IMG/VR virus record: IMGVR_UViG_3300033070_001565
Length of the DNA stretch: 64,000 nucleotides
Direction: 5' to 3' (one strand)
Origin: a virus
Lineage: Duplodnaviria > Heunggongvirae > Uroviricota > Caudoviricetes
The position numbers and the translations under genes are program-made. Positions 28,733 through 38,470 of the stretch are shown piece after piece. The notes beneath the pieces were generated by a model, which saw only the letters and a list, made by a program, of their open reading frames with translations, did no database searches and had not been told where the DNA came from. Numbering within the stretch: the stretch's first letter is position 1; each line of letters starts with the position of its first letter.

Positions 28733-29478
28733 TCGCTGAACAGTACATCAAAAGTCTCGTCGAGGCTGCAGTGACAGCAGACGCTGCGCAGTCTGCAGGA
28801 ATGGCTCTCATGATCACTGCCACTGGTGACAAGATGGATATTGTCCTCTATGATCCAAAGAAATTCTTGAGATTTGCGCAAGAGAATCTTCAAGGGGAGG
28901 ACGCGCATTCTGATTCAGACTGTAGCGATTGCATCTATGGCCATGTTCAGATGAGACCTGTACCGCAGAGTTATGGACAGAGCTATGGAGCCTATGTCAT
29001 CAATACGACGTCGTCTCTCAAGGGATACGGTCCTCTCATGTACGATATTGCTCTTGGGCTGGGTCGACCCGTAATACCAGACCGTTCATCTGTTTCTCCC
29101 GCTGCGAAGAAGATCTGGACAGTTTACAAACTCAATCGTTCAGATGTGAAGAAGCTTCCACTGGATAACAAGGACGCTCCAAGAACGCCTGATCCAAAAG
29201 ACGATTCTGTCATTTATCCTGGCGATGACGAGCTCACGAATCCGCTCAACTTTGCGTACATCCGTCCGGGTTCGAACGCACAGTACTCCGGAATGCTCGA
29301 GAAGCACAGGAAAGTTGCGAGAATCGTGACGGCAAAGGTCCCAAGCATCACTGTGAAAGACGTTGAAGAGATGCTGAGACACGGTGGCGGAGAGTTCTTC
29401 TTCAGGAGATACGCAAGTGAAAACTTACGTGAAGCTCATTGTAGAGGCTGCAATGGGAGTCGACTCTGCAGCCTCTGA
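28729..29478 (+). CDS. tandem paralogue 6 of 8 (no stop at the family end, reads about 60 nt into the next copy)
   Basis: MIAEQYIKSLVEAAV...KGYGPLMYD...LPLDNKDAPRTPDPKDDS...FFFRRY, then an extension. Confidence 0.55.
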   Translation: MIAEQYIKSLVEAAVTADAAQSAGMALMITATGDKMDIVLYDPKKFLRFAQENLQGEDAHSDSDCSDCIYGHVQMRPVPQSYGQSYGAYVINTTSSLKGYGPLMYDIALGLGRPVIPDRSSVSPAAKKIWTVYKLNRSDVKKLPLDNKDAPRTPDPKDDSVIYPGDDELTNPLNFAYIRPGSNAQYSGMLEKHRKVARIVTAKVPSITVKDVEEMLRHGGGEFFFRRYASENLREAHCRGCNGSRLCSL

Positions 29479-30079
29479 GGGATACGCCCTCTATTCGAAC
29501 GACTATGGTCGAGGTCAGACAGCACTCCTGTACGATCCCGAATACGTGTGGAGAGTCTCGTCTTCTGGAAAGCTCCCACAACAATCCTCGGGACCCGTAG
29601 TTGCGTATATCAACACGCGGAAGAGAGAGAATATCAAGGGTCACATGTACGGAGCTCGCGCAATTGCGTCTGCAGCTGCTCGTAAGGGATGGGGACCCAT
29701 GCTGTACGATTTCATCATCTCTTCAGGAAAAGTCGCACCAGATCGTCTCTCTGTTTCATCTAGCGCAGAGTCTGTTTGGTCGTATTACAAAAACAAGCGT
29801 CCTGATGTAGAAAAAGAGAAGATAGACAATGTTCTCGCACCGAAGACACCGACACCAGTCGACGATGGCGAGGTCTATGATAAGGGAAGTGATGAGAATC
29901 CTCTCAATTACGTGTACTCAATGAAATCAGATATCGCGAGTCAGTACTCTCCGCTCATCAGATCTCACAGCGAATTTTGCGATAGGATGCAGCAGAAGAG
30001 AGGAATCTCACGAGATGATCTCGAAGCGTACCTCAAGAAGTGCGGAAGCATGTTCTTCATGAAGAAATACGAAGGATAA
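29417..30079 (+). CDS. tandem paralogue 7 of 8 (GTG start)
   Basis: VKTYVKLIVEAAMG...KGWGPMLYD...VWSYYKNKRPDV. Confidence 0.5.
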   Translation: MKTYVKLIVEAAMGVDSAASEGYALYSNDYGRGQTALLYDPEYVWRVSSSGKLPQQSSGPVVAYINTRKRENIKGHMYGARAIASAAARKGWGPMLYDFIISSGKVAPDRLSVSSSAESVWSYYKNKRPDVEKEKIDNVLAPKTPTPVDDGEVYDKGSDENPLNYVYSMKSDIASQYSPLIRSHSEFCDRMQQKRGISRDDLEAYLKKCGSMFFMKKYEG

Positions 30080-30080
30080 A

Positions 30081-30773
30081 ATGATCGGGTCTTATGTCAA
30101 ACGTCTCGTTGAAGCTGCACTCGGAATCGACTCTGCACTAGCTGCAGGTCTTGCACTCTGTGTAAATAAAGGTTCAGGTGGAGCTTACATTGTGCTTTAC
30201 GATGCAAAGGAGTACGTTAAACACGCTCTTGCGAATGCGAAACACATTGGCGAAATGACAGATCCCCGTACGGCTGAATGTGTGTACGGGTTTATCAGAA
30301 TGCATGTGGTCGATCCAAGCAACGGAGAGAGTTACGGTTCATACGAGATTGCGAACTCAGTTGCAAGGAAAGGGTACGGACCGTTCATGTACGATGTTGC
30401 AATGAGTCTTGGAAAACCCGTCATATCAGATCGCGGATCTGTTTCTCCAGATGCACAAAAAATTTGGAAATACTACAAAGATAACAGATCTGACGTGAAG
30501 AAGCTTCCGCTCGATAACAAATCTGCACCGAGAACACCAGAAACTTTTGATGACTCGATTGTATTTGACGCCGGAAAGGAATCTGAACTCACGAACCCTC
30601 TTAATTTTGCATATAAGAGTGGTGGAATCGATTTTTCAAAATTGACTCAGAGACACGAAAAAGTCTTGCAGCTGCTGAAAACGAAAATACCAGAACTGAC
30701 TCCTGACAGAGTAGAGTCAAGTCTTAATCATTTTGCTGAAGATTACTTCATCAAGAGATATCACGGAGTCTGA
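30081..30773 (+). CDS. tandem paralogue 8 of 8
   Basis: MIGSYVKRLVEAAL...KGYGPFMYD...LPLDNKSAPRTPETFDDS. Confidence 0.6.
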   Translation: MIGSYVKRLVEAALGIDSALAAGLALCVNKGSGGAYIVLYDAKEYVKHALANAKHIGEMTDPRTAECVYGFIRMHVVDPSNGESYGSYEIANSVARKGYGPFMYDVAMSLGKPVISDRGSVSPDAQKIWKYYKDNRSDVKKLPLDNKSAPRTPETFDDSIVFDAGKESELTNPLNFAYKSGGIDFSKLTQRHEKVLQLLKTKIPELTPDRVESSLNHFAEDYFIKRYHGV

Positions 30774-30809
30774 GCAACTTTTCTGATTTGTCTCTCCATA
30801 CTTACGTGT

Positions 30810-31853
30810 ATGGGAACAAAAGTAACGCCTGAAAAGATACAGTGGGGATCTTATGGGGGAACGTCTGGTCCAATGCACTTGGGTTTGCTACGTTATGAGC
30901 TTCCAAAGACTGCAGATGTTCAAGATCGCTGTCTCTATGTCGTTACGTCGACAGAGGGTGCAACGTACGATGCCGTGAACATGTACGATCAGTGTATTGT
31001 ATCTCTCGGTCTCATTCAGTGGGCAGGTGCGTCTGTCGATAGGTTGCTGGGACAGATCGTGGACAGCTGCGGATACTCTGTAATCGATTCTGCGCTGGGC
31101 GAGACCTTCCATGAGTATGGAGTTGGTTTCGTGAAACATGGAGACGGTAAGTGGGGCTTCATAGAATCTGAAACAGGTAAGGCCATTGTCACTAAGCAAG
31201 ACAGGCAGAGAGTGTTCTGGGGCTGCGATGGAGTCTCGTGGACACCAGATGCAAAGAAGAGAGCAAAGTCCTGGGCTGCGGCTTTTGCTAACGTGTGGCT
31301 CGATCCCGGAGCAAGACAGATCCAAGTACAGTGGACAAAACCGAAGCTAAAAGATTTTCTTCTTCCTCAAGTGGAAAAAGTCTTGTTTGACGGTTCACAG
31401 GGACCTGATCGCGATGCTTTCAGAGCTGCTTGCATGTCTTATGCAGCAAATAACCCCGCAAAGCTAGGAGAGATGTTTGCTGCTGGCCTCAAGAGAGCAG
31501 AGTCTGCAGAGCTCGCGAAATGGTCTCACGATTGGATTTGCAGCATTTTGAAATCGATTGTCGTCGAATCAACTTGGAAAATCTGGCCGGCTCGGTGGAC
31601 AAAGGTTCAGCCTGCGTGTAAAATAGCGTTTGGAATTGAACTTCCACTCTTTGAGCTGATCAAAGAGTGGAATCCTCCAGCAAAAGAAGAAGAGAAAAAG
31701 TCACCAGACCCAGTGAAAGAGACCGTCGTTGAGATTCCCGTTACGGTCGAGCCTCCACCACCCACTGAGGTAATAGTCACGCCAGAGCCCGTACAGTCTC
31801 AGGGCTGGGTAACACGGTTGCTAAAGTGGATCGCTTCTCTTTTTTCGAAATAA
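30810..31853 (+). CDS. hypothetical protein (C-terminal Pro/Glu/Val-rich linker)
   Basis: Product of 347 aa. Confidence 0.45.
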   Translation: MGTKVTPEKIQWGSYGGTSGPMHLGLLRYELPKTADVQDRCLYVVTSTEGATYDAVNMYDQCIVSLGLIQWAGASVDRLLGQIVDSCGYSVIDSALGETFHEYGVGFVKHGDGKWGFIESETGKAIVTKQDRQRVFWGCDGVSWTPDAKKRAKSWAAAFANVWLDPGARQIQVQWTKPKLKDFLLPQVEKVLFDGSQGPDRDAFRAACMSYAANNPAKLGEMFAAGLKRAESAELAKWSHDWICSILKSIVVESTWKIWPARWTKVQPACKIAFGIELPLFELIKEWNPPAKEEEKKSPDPVKETVVEIPVTVEPPPPTEVIVTPEPVQSQGWVTRLLKWIASLFSK

Positions 31854-32597
31854 TCGATTCATCATCAGAGTCCCGCGCGGGCCTCTCTTCGGCTTCTGAT
31901 TCTGAAGCGGAAGTGCCGTGTTTGTGCGCGTTTGTGCTGCGCCTGCTTGCTGTGTTGACGAAACGGGTGCCTCTGCTGACTTCTGAGCACCGGGGCCCAT
32001 TGTCTGCGCATTCGGATCATTGACTGGAGGAGTTGCTCCCGTTCGGCTGAGCTGATTCTTTGCTCTATTCGCTTTCGCTGTGTTACCTACAGAGTTGCCT
32101 CCCTTCTGATGAGTGATCGCATCTTGCTTCAGAGTTTGCATCTGCTGAGGAGTCTTTCTCTGCATGTACGTGTCGCATGCCATGTTGATTGCAGATACTG
32201 CAGATAGGACAGCACCGTAAGCTGTGAACTCAGGGCTTGGGTGACCGTTCTTCTGTGCATGCGCAAGCGCAATACCGTGGACTTGATCGAGCAGTTTGAC
32301 GAGATATTTTGTTGTCTGACCCCTGAGTGTCTGAGTCATGTTCACGTATTCAGATTCCTGCTCATCTTTTAGATTTGCCTTCACTTGTTGCGAGAATTCA
32401 TCTGCGGCTTGTTTTACACTGCTGGTTGCCTTCTGAGCAATTGCTTTGACACCCTTTACGAGAGCTGATGGGGCAGCTGTCGCTTTCTGTCCAAGGGTCT
32501 TGAGCATTGCGCCAATGACAGACGCCTCGTTAAGCTCTTCGTAACCCTCGTCGAGTTTGATCTCGTTGAGAATATCCTCGAGAGTATAATCGTTCAT
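31821..32597 (-). CDS. hypothetical protein (Gln/Ala-rich C-terminus)
   Basis: Product of 258 aa on the minus strand. Confidence 0.4.
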   Translation of the reverse strand: MNDYTLEDILNEIKLDEGYEELNEASVIGAMLKTLGQKATAAPSALVKGVKAIAQKATSSVKQAADEFSQQVKANLKDEQESEYVNMTQTLRGQTTKYLVKLLDQVHGIALAHAQKNGHPSPEFTAYGAVLSAVSAINMACDTYMQRKTPQQMQTLKQDAITHQKGGNSVGNTAKANRAKNQLSRTGATPPVNDPNAQTMGPGAQKSAEAPVSSTQQAGAAQTRTNTALPLQNQKPKRGPRGTLMMNRLFRKKRSDPL

Positions 32598-33139
32598 AAC
32601 TTGCTCCTCATCGGTACTGTTTTATTCTGCTTCTTTGGCATTACCGTCGTCTTTGCGGCGGGTTGCTTAATACGCTCCTGTACTGGAGCTCGCGATTTTA
32701 CGGGATCGGCTGGTGGTTGACCGGGACCGTGAGGCGTTTCAGGTACCGGTTTTTCCATGGCAGGGTGTGGCTCTTTTGTCTGAGTTGGCGTCGCCTCTGT
32801 CGAATCTTCTGCAGGGGCGTGATTCACTGCATGCGCCCTGTATGCTAGCGCGAATGCGTAGAGCGCATCATCAGCCGTTCCACCCAGCTTTTCAAATTCT
32901 GCAGTGTACTTTGCTATGAGCTTATCAATCTCTGCAGTCATCTTCTTCGCGGCATTCGAACGAGCTCGCGAGACATACTTGTTTTGCATGTCAACGTGCA
33001 GTCCTCGTACCATGTCTGACGCCGCACCGAGAAGCGCTCTGACATCGAATTCTTTGATGAGCTGAGCTCTCGCAGCTTCTCTTATGATCTGTTCGACACT
33101 CGGTTCGAGTTTGTGCATGTATTTATGTATATGACACAA
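32594..33139 (-). CDS. hypothetical protein
   Basis: Product of 181 aa with a 4-nt overlap with the downstream minus-strand gene. Confidence 0.4.
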   Translation of the reverse strand: MCHIHKYMHKLEPSVEQIIREAARAQLIKEFDVRALLGAASDMVRGLHVDMQNKYVSRARSNAAKKMTAEIDKLIAKYTAEFEKLGGTADDALYAFALAYRAHAVNHAPAEDSTEATPTQTKEPHPAMEKPVPETPHGPGQPPADPVKSRAPVQERIKQPAAKTTVMPKKQNKTVPMRSKL

Positions 33140-33922
33140 CCTGTGCTAGGTGGGTATAAAAGTGATTCAGCGTCAGCAACTGGTTCTGGCGGTCTATATA
33201 CGAGCGCGACAGAGCTAGCTCCGCTTGCAAGCTCGATTGATGGAGCAGAAATCGATCTCCGCAAGTGGGACTCTCCCGTAGAGAGACAGTTGAGGACGAG
33301 CTCTTGCACTGCGAATGCAACAGTTGCAGATCTCGAGCATCTCAGAATTGCGGCAGGAAAGTCGCACGTTGATCTCTCGAGACTCTTTCTCTATTACAAT
33401 GCTCGAGCGCAGCATCAGGCCACGTCGATTGACGATGGAACGTACATCTCGCTCGCATTTGACACACTGAGAACTCTTGGAACCTGTAGAGAGGCAACGT
33501 GGGCATTCGATCAGAGCAGAGTGAATGTGAGACCCTCATGGGACTCGTACAGAGAGGCCTACACGCACAAGATCTCTGAATTCTACAGAATTCAGGACAC
33601 AGACTCTGAGAAATTCAGACTCATTGATGAGTCACTTCGCCGGGGCCATCCGATTGTATTCGGGTGCACAGTCGATGAGGTCTTCATCAAGGGCACTGGG
33701 TCATCCGGTATTGTCGCTCCTCCCGCAAAGGTCAGAGTGAACACAGGAGGGCACGCAATGCTCATTGTTGGTAAGCTTAGATCCGGATGCTACATTGTCA
33801 AGAACTCATGGGGGACTGACTGGGGTGACGAGGGATACTGCTACATGCCTCAGGCATACCTATCAGAGGAGAATGCACATGATTTTTGGGTTTCGACAAT
33901 CGGATGGGAAAATGCTTCGTAA
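33113..33922 (+). CDS. papain-like (C1 family) cysteine peptidase
   Basis: Cys candidate in RTSSCTANATVADLEHL. The His/Asn region GGHAMLIVGKL...IVKNSWGTDWGDEGYCYM matches the papain signature. Confidence 0.65.
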   Translation: MHVFMYMTQPVLGGYKSDSASATGSGGLYTSATELAPLASSIDGAEIDLRKWDSPVERQLRTSSCTANATVADLEHLRIAAGKSHVDLSRLFLYYNARAQHQATSIDDGTYISLAFDTLRTLGTCREATWAFDQSRVNVRPSWDSYREAYTHKISEFYRIQDTDSEKFRLIDESLRRGHPIVFGCTVDEVFIKGTGSSGIVAPPAKVRVNTGGHAMLIVGKLRSGCYIVKNSWGTDWGDEGYCYMPQAYLSEENAHDFWVSTIGWENAS

Positions 33923-34235
33923 GTTTATTGCTCTCGTTGCATTCTGCATAGTCTTCATTGTGCAGATTGGATGCTCTGGCTGCTCTGGTAGCAAGATCAC
34001 CCCCGTACCGAATCCAGCTGTGATCTCTGACACGAACATGTGCGAGCCGGCATGCAATCATTTGAGAGAGCTGCACTGCGCGCAGGGAGAGCCGCTCTCT
34101 GACGGAACATCTTGTGAGACCGTCTGTGTGAATACTCAGAAACACGGTGTCTGGCTCAATCCAACATGTGTGATCACACTGAAAACATGCGAACAGCTCG
34201 AGCCGGTGTGCGCTGAGAGTCATCCACTAGAATAA
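33912..34235 (+). CDS. Cys-rich small lipoprotein
   Basis: MLRKFIALVAFCIVFIVQIGC lipobox-like signal and 10 Cys in 107 aa. Confidence 0.45.
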   Translation: MLRKFIALVAFCIVFIVQIGCSGCSGSKITPVPNPAVISDTNMCEPACNHLRELHCAQGEPLSDGTSCETVCVNTQKHGVWLNPTCVITLKTCEQLEPVCAESHPLE

Positions 34236-34275
34236 AGAGGGTGCAAAAAATCTGGGTTGGTGGTATAACTGTTAT

Positions 34276-35148
34276 ATGCCAATCCCACCTGACACTGGGT
34301 TCACGCCCCCACAGTCCCCTGAGCCTCTCTTGCAGGAGCTCTTTGTGGGTTCGGAGGCATGGCCTTGGCGCATTCTCGTTCTCTGTGTGATGCTTAATCA
34401 GACATCACGCAAGCAAGTTGAGCCCGTGTGTCACAAGTTCTTCGCTGCATTTCCGAATCCCGAGTCTCTGCTTAGCGCTGACCACGAGGACATTCACAAG
34501 ATTGTCCGCCCGCTCGGGTTTGGTAATAAGCGTGCGAAGACGATCAAGAAGATGTCGATCGAGTATCTCACAGACGCCTGGGAGGATGTGAGCGAGCTCT
34601 TCGGGGTTGGCAAGTACGCAGTCGATGCGTGGAGAATCTTTGTCGAGGGACGGTGGAATGACGTCACTCCCGATGATCACGCCCTCTGTGATTATCACCG
34701 CTGGGTCACTGGAGCGAAACCCAAGCCGAAAGTCGATCCCGATGATGTCTCTTGGGATGAGATGATCCGCGCGAAGCGAGAGTGGTGGAGTCAATTCAGC
34801 GAAGATGATCAGCCAAACCGTACATGGTCCTCTGGCGCGACTCTCTGGTTGAGCTCTCAGCAGTATCTCGCGAACGTCGGTCTCGCTCACTCAGATGAGT
34901 GGGTTGAGTCTCTCAGAATCGCTTGCGATAGCAAACTGCGCCGCGCTGTTCCAAGCGAGATTCCTCCCGGTACTCCCGTTTTCATTCTGCTCCCGCACGA
35001 GAGGAGACTTGCAGAGGCAGTGTGGTTTGGTAAACCCCCGCACGATTCATGGGGTGCCTGGCGCGATATCGGCACTGGCGAGATCTACACTCTCATTGAG
35101 AGAATCGTGAAAGATGTGGGAGTGCAGGTCTGGTACAAAGAGTGTTGA
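34276..35148 (+). CDS. HhH-GPD DNA glycosylase, MBD4-like (mismatch/uracil-type)
   Basis: PWRILVLCVMLNQTSRKQV...GFGNKRAKTIKKMSIEYL...GVGKYAVDAWRIFVEGRWNDVTPDDHAL parallels the MBD4 glycosylase domain. Confidence 0.65.
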   Translation: MPIPPDTGFTPPQSPEPLLQELFVGSEAWPWRILVLCVMLNQTSRKQVEPVCHKFFAAFPNPESLLSADHEDIHKIVRPLGFGNKRAKTIKKMSIEYLTDAWEDVSELFGVGKYAVDAWRIFVEGRWNDVTPDDHALCDYHRWVTGAKPKPKVDPDDVSWDEMIRAKREWWSQFSEDDQPNRTWSSGATLWLSSQQYLANVGLAHSDEWVESLRIACDSKLRRAVPSEIPPGTPVFILLPHERRLAEAVWFGKPPHDSWGAWRDIGTGEIYTLIERIVKDVGVQVWYKEC

Positions 35149-35261
35149 AAATAAAAGATCGGCGACTTACAAATAACACATGATCGAAACTCGAAGCGAA
35201 AAAAGATGAGGGTACCCATATCACACAAGCGGATCTCAAGACAGCTCTCGCAGGTGCAGCT

Positions 35262-35759
35262 GTGACAGTGACCCGGTTGACAGACCGTACAACTGATGAT
35301 GAGTGGCCGACTGGATATCGTGGTCCGCGTGATCACGGTATGATTGTTGCAATGTATGGGATCCCTCCCACGCCGAATTTCGATTACCCGGAAACTCCAT
35401 GGGCTCCTGTACCCGTTGCTCCTGTGCAGCCTCTCATTCCACGTCCAAAGAAAGATTTGCTAGACAAGCTTGTTCCCGAGGACAAGAAAGACACAGATCC
35501 ACCTCCCACTGATCCCAACGGTTATCACAAGCGCAAGATTGCTCGTGGTAAGCTCGGCGAGATCTCGAAGGTGAAGGAGGAGTGCGAAGAGTTCGAGGAT
35601 GCGATCGAACAGGGAATTGTCATCATGGCTCACGCAGAGCTGGCAGATATCTACGGTGCACTGAAAGCTCTCGCAGCTGCACACGGTCTCAAGATGTCTG
35701 ATCTCGAGAAGATGGATTCAGCGACTGAACGAGCGTTCAATTCGGGCCGGAGGAAGTGA
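35262..35759 (+). CDS. MazG-like nucleotide pyrophosphohydrolase (start uncertain)
   Basis: KEECEEFEDAIEQG...AHAELADIYGAL gives the EExxE...ExxD pattern. Confidence 0.4.
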   Translation: MTVTRLTDRTTDDEWPTGYRGPRDHGMIVAMYGIPPTPNFDYPETPWAPVPVAPVQPLIPRPKKDLLDKLVPEDKKDTDPPPTDPNGYHKRKIARGKLGEISKVKEECEEFEDAIEQGIVIMAHAELADIYGALKALAAAHGLKMSDLEKMDSATERAFNSGRRK

Positions 35760-36326
35760 ATGAAAGATATTCGCTGGGATCTCATTACACAAGCTGTCAC
35801 ATTCTACAAGATAAAATCGTGGGACTACTACGAGCTCCCATGGCACATTCAAGAGAGCACTCACTCTCTTATTTCGCAAAAGACTCCTCACCGCACAGTT
35901 GATGGGTGCTTTGTCGGTTCTGCTGAGCAGTCATTCGTTCAGCTCATGATCGATGGAAAGCTCCCGACTGTGCACGGGATGGGAGTCACACCTTGTCTGA
36001 GAGATGACACTCCTGATCCTCTACACAAGAGAGAGTTCATGAAAGTTGAACTCTTCTGTGGAGGATTGAGAGAGCATTTCGATACGGGAAGTTGCATTCC
36101 GCTCTCTTGGCTCGAGATGATTCTCCGTAGCGCAAAAGAGTTTTTCTACGAGATAGACACACAGAAGCTTCGTGTTGAAGAGACTGAAGAAGGGTACGAT
36201 ATCACTTCGAACGGAATTGAGATTGGCTCTTACGGGATTCGAAGGAGCGAAAAGTATGTCTGGGCCTATGGTACTGGACTTGCTGAGCCACGGTGGTCGA
36301 CGGCTCAAAAGGAGATTACTTACTAA
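35760..36326 (+). CDS. hypothetical protein
   Basis: Product of 188 aa with a 1-nt gap after the previous gene. Confidence 0.4.
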   Translation: MKDIRWDLITQAVTFYKIKSWDYYELPWHIQESTHSLISQKTPHRTVDGCFVGSAEQSFVQLMIDGKLPTVHGMGVTPCLRDDTPDPLHKREFMKVELFCGGLREHFDTGSCIPLSWLEMILRSAKEFFYEIDTQKLRVEETEEGYDITSNGIEIGSYGIRRSEKYVWAYGTGLAEPRWSTAQKEITY

Positions 36327-36877
36327 TGATTACCGTTTGGTGGATGATAGCAACTGCGATCATTACCTTCATCGCGACAAGTCATTTTTTCGATTTTTGG
36401 AAGAATCGAAAAGAATCAAAAGATAATGTCCGCGCGCAACTCAGACGCGCTCTCGAGTCAGATGATCACAAGCAGATCAGGGCCGCAGCGGTGCAGCACA
36501 AACCAGATATCGAAAAAGAGACGTTCATTTTCATGATCAATCGTGCAGATTCTCTCGAAGCAGGAGCCGTGTTCGCTCGTGAAGATCACAGTAAATTACT
36601 CGCTCACGTGTTCGACTGGAAGTTACTCAGCAAAGATCGATGGCGATCAGGTTCAGGTGCCATTCAGAATCGCATCTCTTGCACGTCATTTCTCGAAGCG
36701 TGATGATGCTGATGTGTTCATCGTAGCTGCATACAGTTTCCCGAGCACTGTTGCAGAGCATACCGGGTGGACAGACAGAGAAGTTGCTCGAGCAAATCAA
36801 GAGCTCTACGATACCCTGAGACCTCATCTGAGTTCAGAGTGTCAGTCAATGATCAACCTCGCAAAACTCAAAGCAAA

Positions 36878-37180
36878 ATGACAAAACAAGAACGCATTGC
36901 TGTTGTAAAACAAAAAATTTCGAACGTTGAGCCAGAATACGAACGTTTGAGAGTTCAACTCGCATCTCTTAGAGATGAACTCGAATGCGAGAAAAATTCG
37001 TTTGATGTCGGAGAAAGCGTATATCTCATCGTGAGTTCTTGTGATCGTGGGTGTTGTAACAACACGTACCCTTGCAAAATTCTCAAAAGAATCGACATCA
37101 AAAATTACTTGATTGCTCTCGATAAAATTGGAACAGAGCGAGATGCAAGTTACAAAGAGCTCTCGCGTTATAACTGCTGA
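36878..37180 (+). CDS. hypothetical protein
   Basis: Product of 100 aa with an internal ATG start. Confidence 0.35.
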   Translation: MTKQERIAVVKQKISNVEPEYERLRVQLASLRDELECEKNSFDVGESVYLIVSSCDRGCCNNTYPCKILKRIDIKNYLIALDKIGTERDASYKELSRYNC

Positions 37181-37211
37181 AATCTAAAACATAGAGACAT
37201 ACACTAAGAAC

Positions 37212-38129
37212 ATGAATATCCGATCAAATCTGATTGCGGCCATTCTCGCTATCTCGTCTCTCATGACAGCTGGCTGCGATACAGACGATGTTCCTGCCTC
37301 ACATGTTGGCAGGAAGTTTGCGCGTACTGGTGCAGCTGCACTGTACCTTGGCGATACTGGCTTCGTAGGAGGCATTCTTCCTCCTGGAACCTATTACACG
37401 GGTCTGTACGATGAGATTCGTCTCGTGGAATGCGGTCAGCAGACGAAGAAAGAGACAATGCAAGCCCTCACAAAGGATGGGGTGCAGTTCAACATTGATC
37501 TCTATATCTCATTTGGGATTAAGTGCGATGATCCTAAAACTGTCGCAAAGCTCTTCTCGACTGTTGGACCTGCGCCCACTCAAGCTGGAAATCCTTCGAA
37601 GTACATTATGGGCAGTCAGATGTACGATATCTTCTTGAAGCCATCGCTTTCTGAAGCCGTACGCTCTGCTGTGTCTCCCTACATTGCAAATGCGATCAAT
37701 GCCTCACGCGAGGAGATCTTCAAGTCAATCCGCGATCAGTTCACACTTTCTCTCAAAACTCGTGGAGATGAATTCGTAACCGTACACCAGATCTCGATGT
37801 CGAATCTCGATTTTCCAGATGCAATGGACACTGCGAATACAGATCGTGCCGTTCAAGATGTTCTGAAAGACAAAGCCGTTGCAGAACGTGCGAGGGTCGA
37901 GGCAGAGATTGAGACGACCGTCATGAGGAAGAAGCTCTCTGCATCAAAGGGCGAAGCCATTGCAGCTGAGATTGACGCTGTTGGTGCTGCCCTCTCACGT
38001 CACCCTGAGTACACAAACTACATGCTCTACCAATCTCTACCTGATGTCTACATCAAAGCAGCAGAAAAGGGGAACATGGTGATCGCCGCTCCAAATCCGT
38101 ATACCATTACACCGAAGGTGAAGTTATGA
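37212..38129 (+). CDS. SPFH/band-7-like lipoprotein
   Basis: LMTAGC lipobox and an Ala/Glu-rich coiled-coil tail KAVAERARVEAEIE. Confidence 0.45.
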   Translation: MNIRSNLIAAILAISSLMTAGCDTDDVPASHVGRKFARTGAAALYLGDTGFVGGILPPGTYYTGLYDEIRLVECGQQTKKETMQALTKDGVQFNIDLYISFGIKCDDPKTVAKLFSTVGPAPTQAGNPSKYIMGSQMYDIFLKPSLSEAVRSAVSPYIANAINASREEIFKSIRDQFTLSLKTRGDEFVTVHQISMSNLDFPDAMDTANTDRAVQDVLKDKAVAERARVEAEIETTVMRKKLSASKGEAIAAEIDAVGAALSRHPEYTNYMLYQSLPDVYIKAAEKGNMVIAAPNPYTITPKVKL

Positions 38130-38470
38130 TCCGCGTCGTCGAAATAATCGTTTTCCTGTCAATCGCTTATTTCGGCGTTGGCGGAATGAGAGCGTTTTTC
38201 GCATATCTCTCATCGAGAACTAGCAAGAAGCAGAGTGCATACAACGAGTGCGCTGCGGCTCTCTCTTCAAAAGATCCAATGGAAATCTGTTCAGTTGCAA
38301 CACGAAATGCTGAGATCGTGAATTCTCAAACACTCTCACACATGTATGCAGAAGCAGCTCGATTGTCAGATAATCTTGAGAGAGAATCTCTTTATGAGAG
38401 AGCTCGCCAAGTTCACTTGCAGATTGATAGCAAATTCGAAACCCGAAAGAAAGAGATTCTTCATCAATGA
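38126..38470 (+). CDS. small membrane protein
   Basis: N-terminal TM segment VEIIVFLSIAYFGVGG with an ATGA overlap. Confidence 0.4.
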   Translation: MIRVVEIIVFLSIAYFGVGGMRAFFAYLSSRTSKKQSAYNECAAALSSKDPMEICSVATRNAEIVNSQTLSHMYAEAARLSDNLERESLYERARQVHLQIDSKFETRKKEILHQ

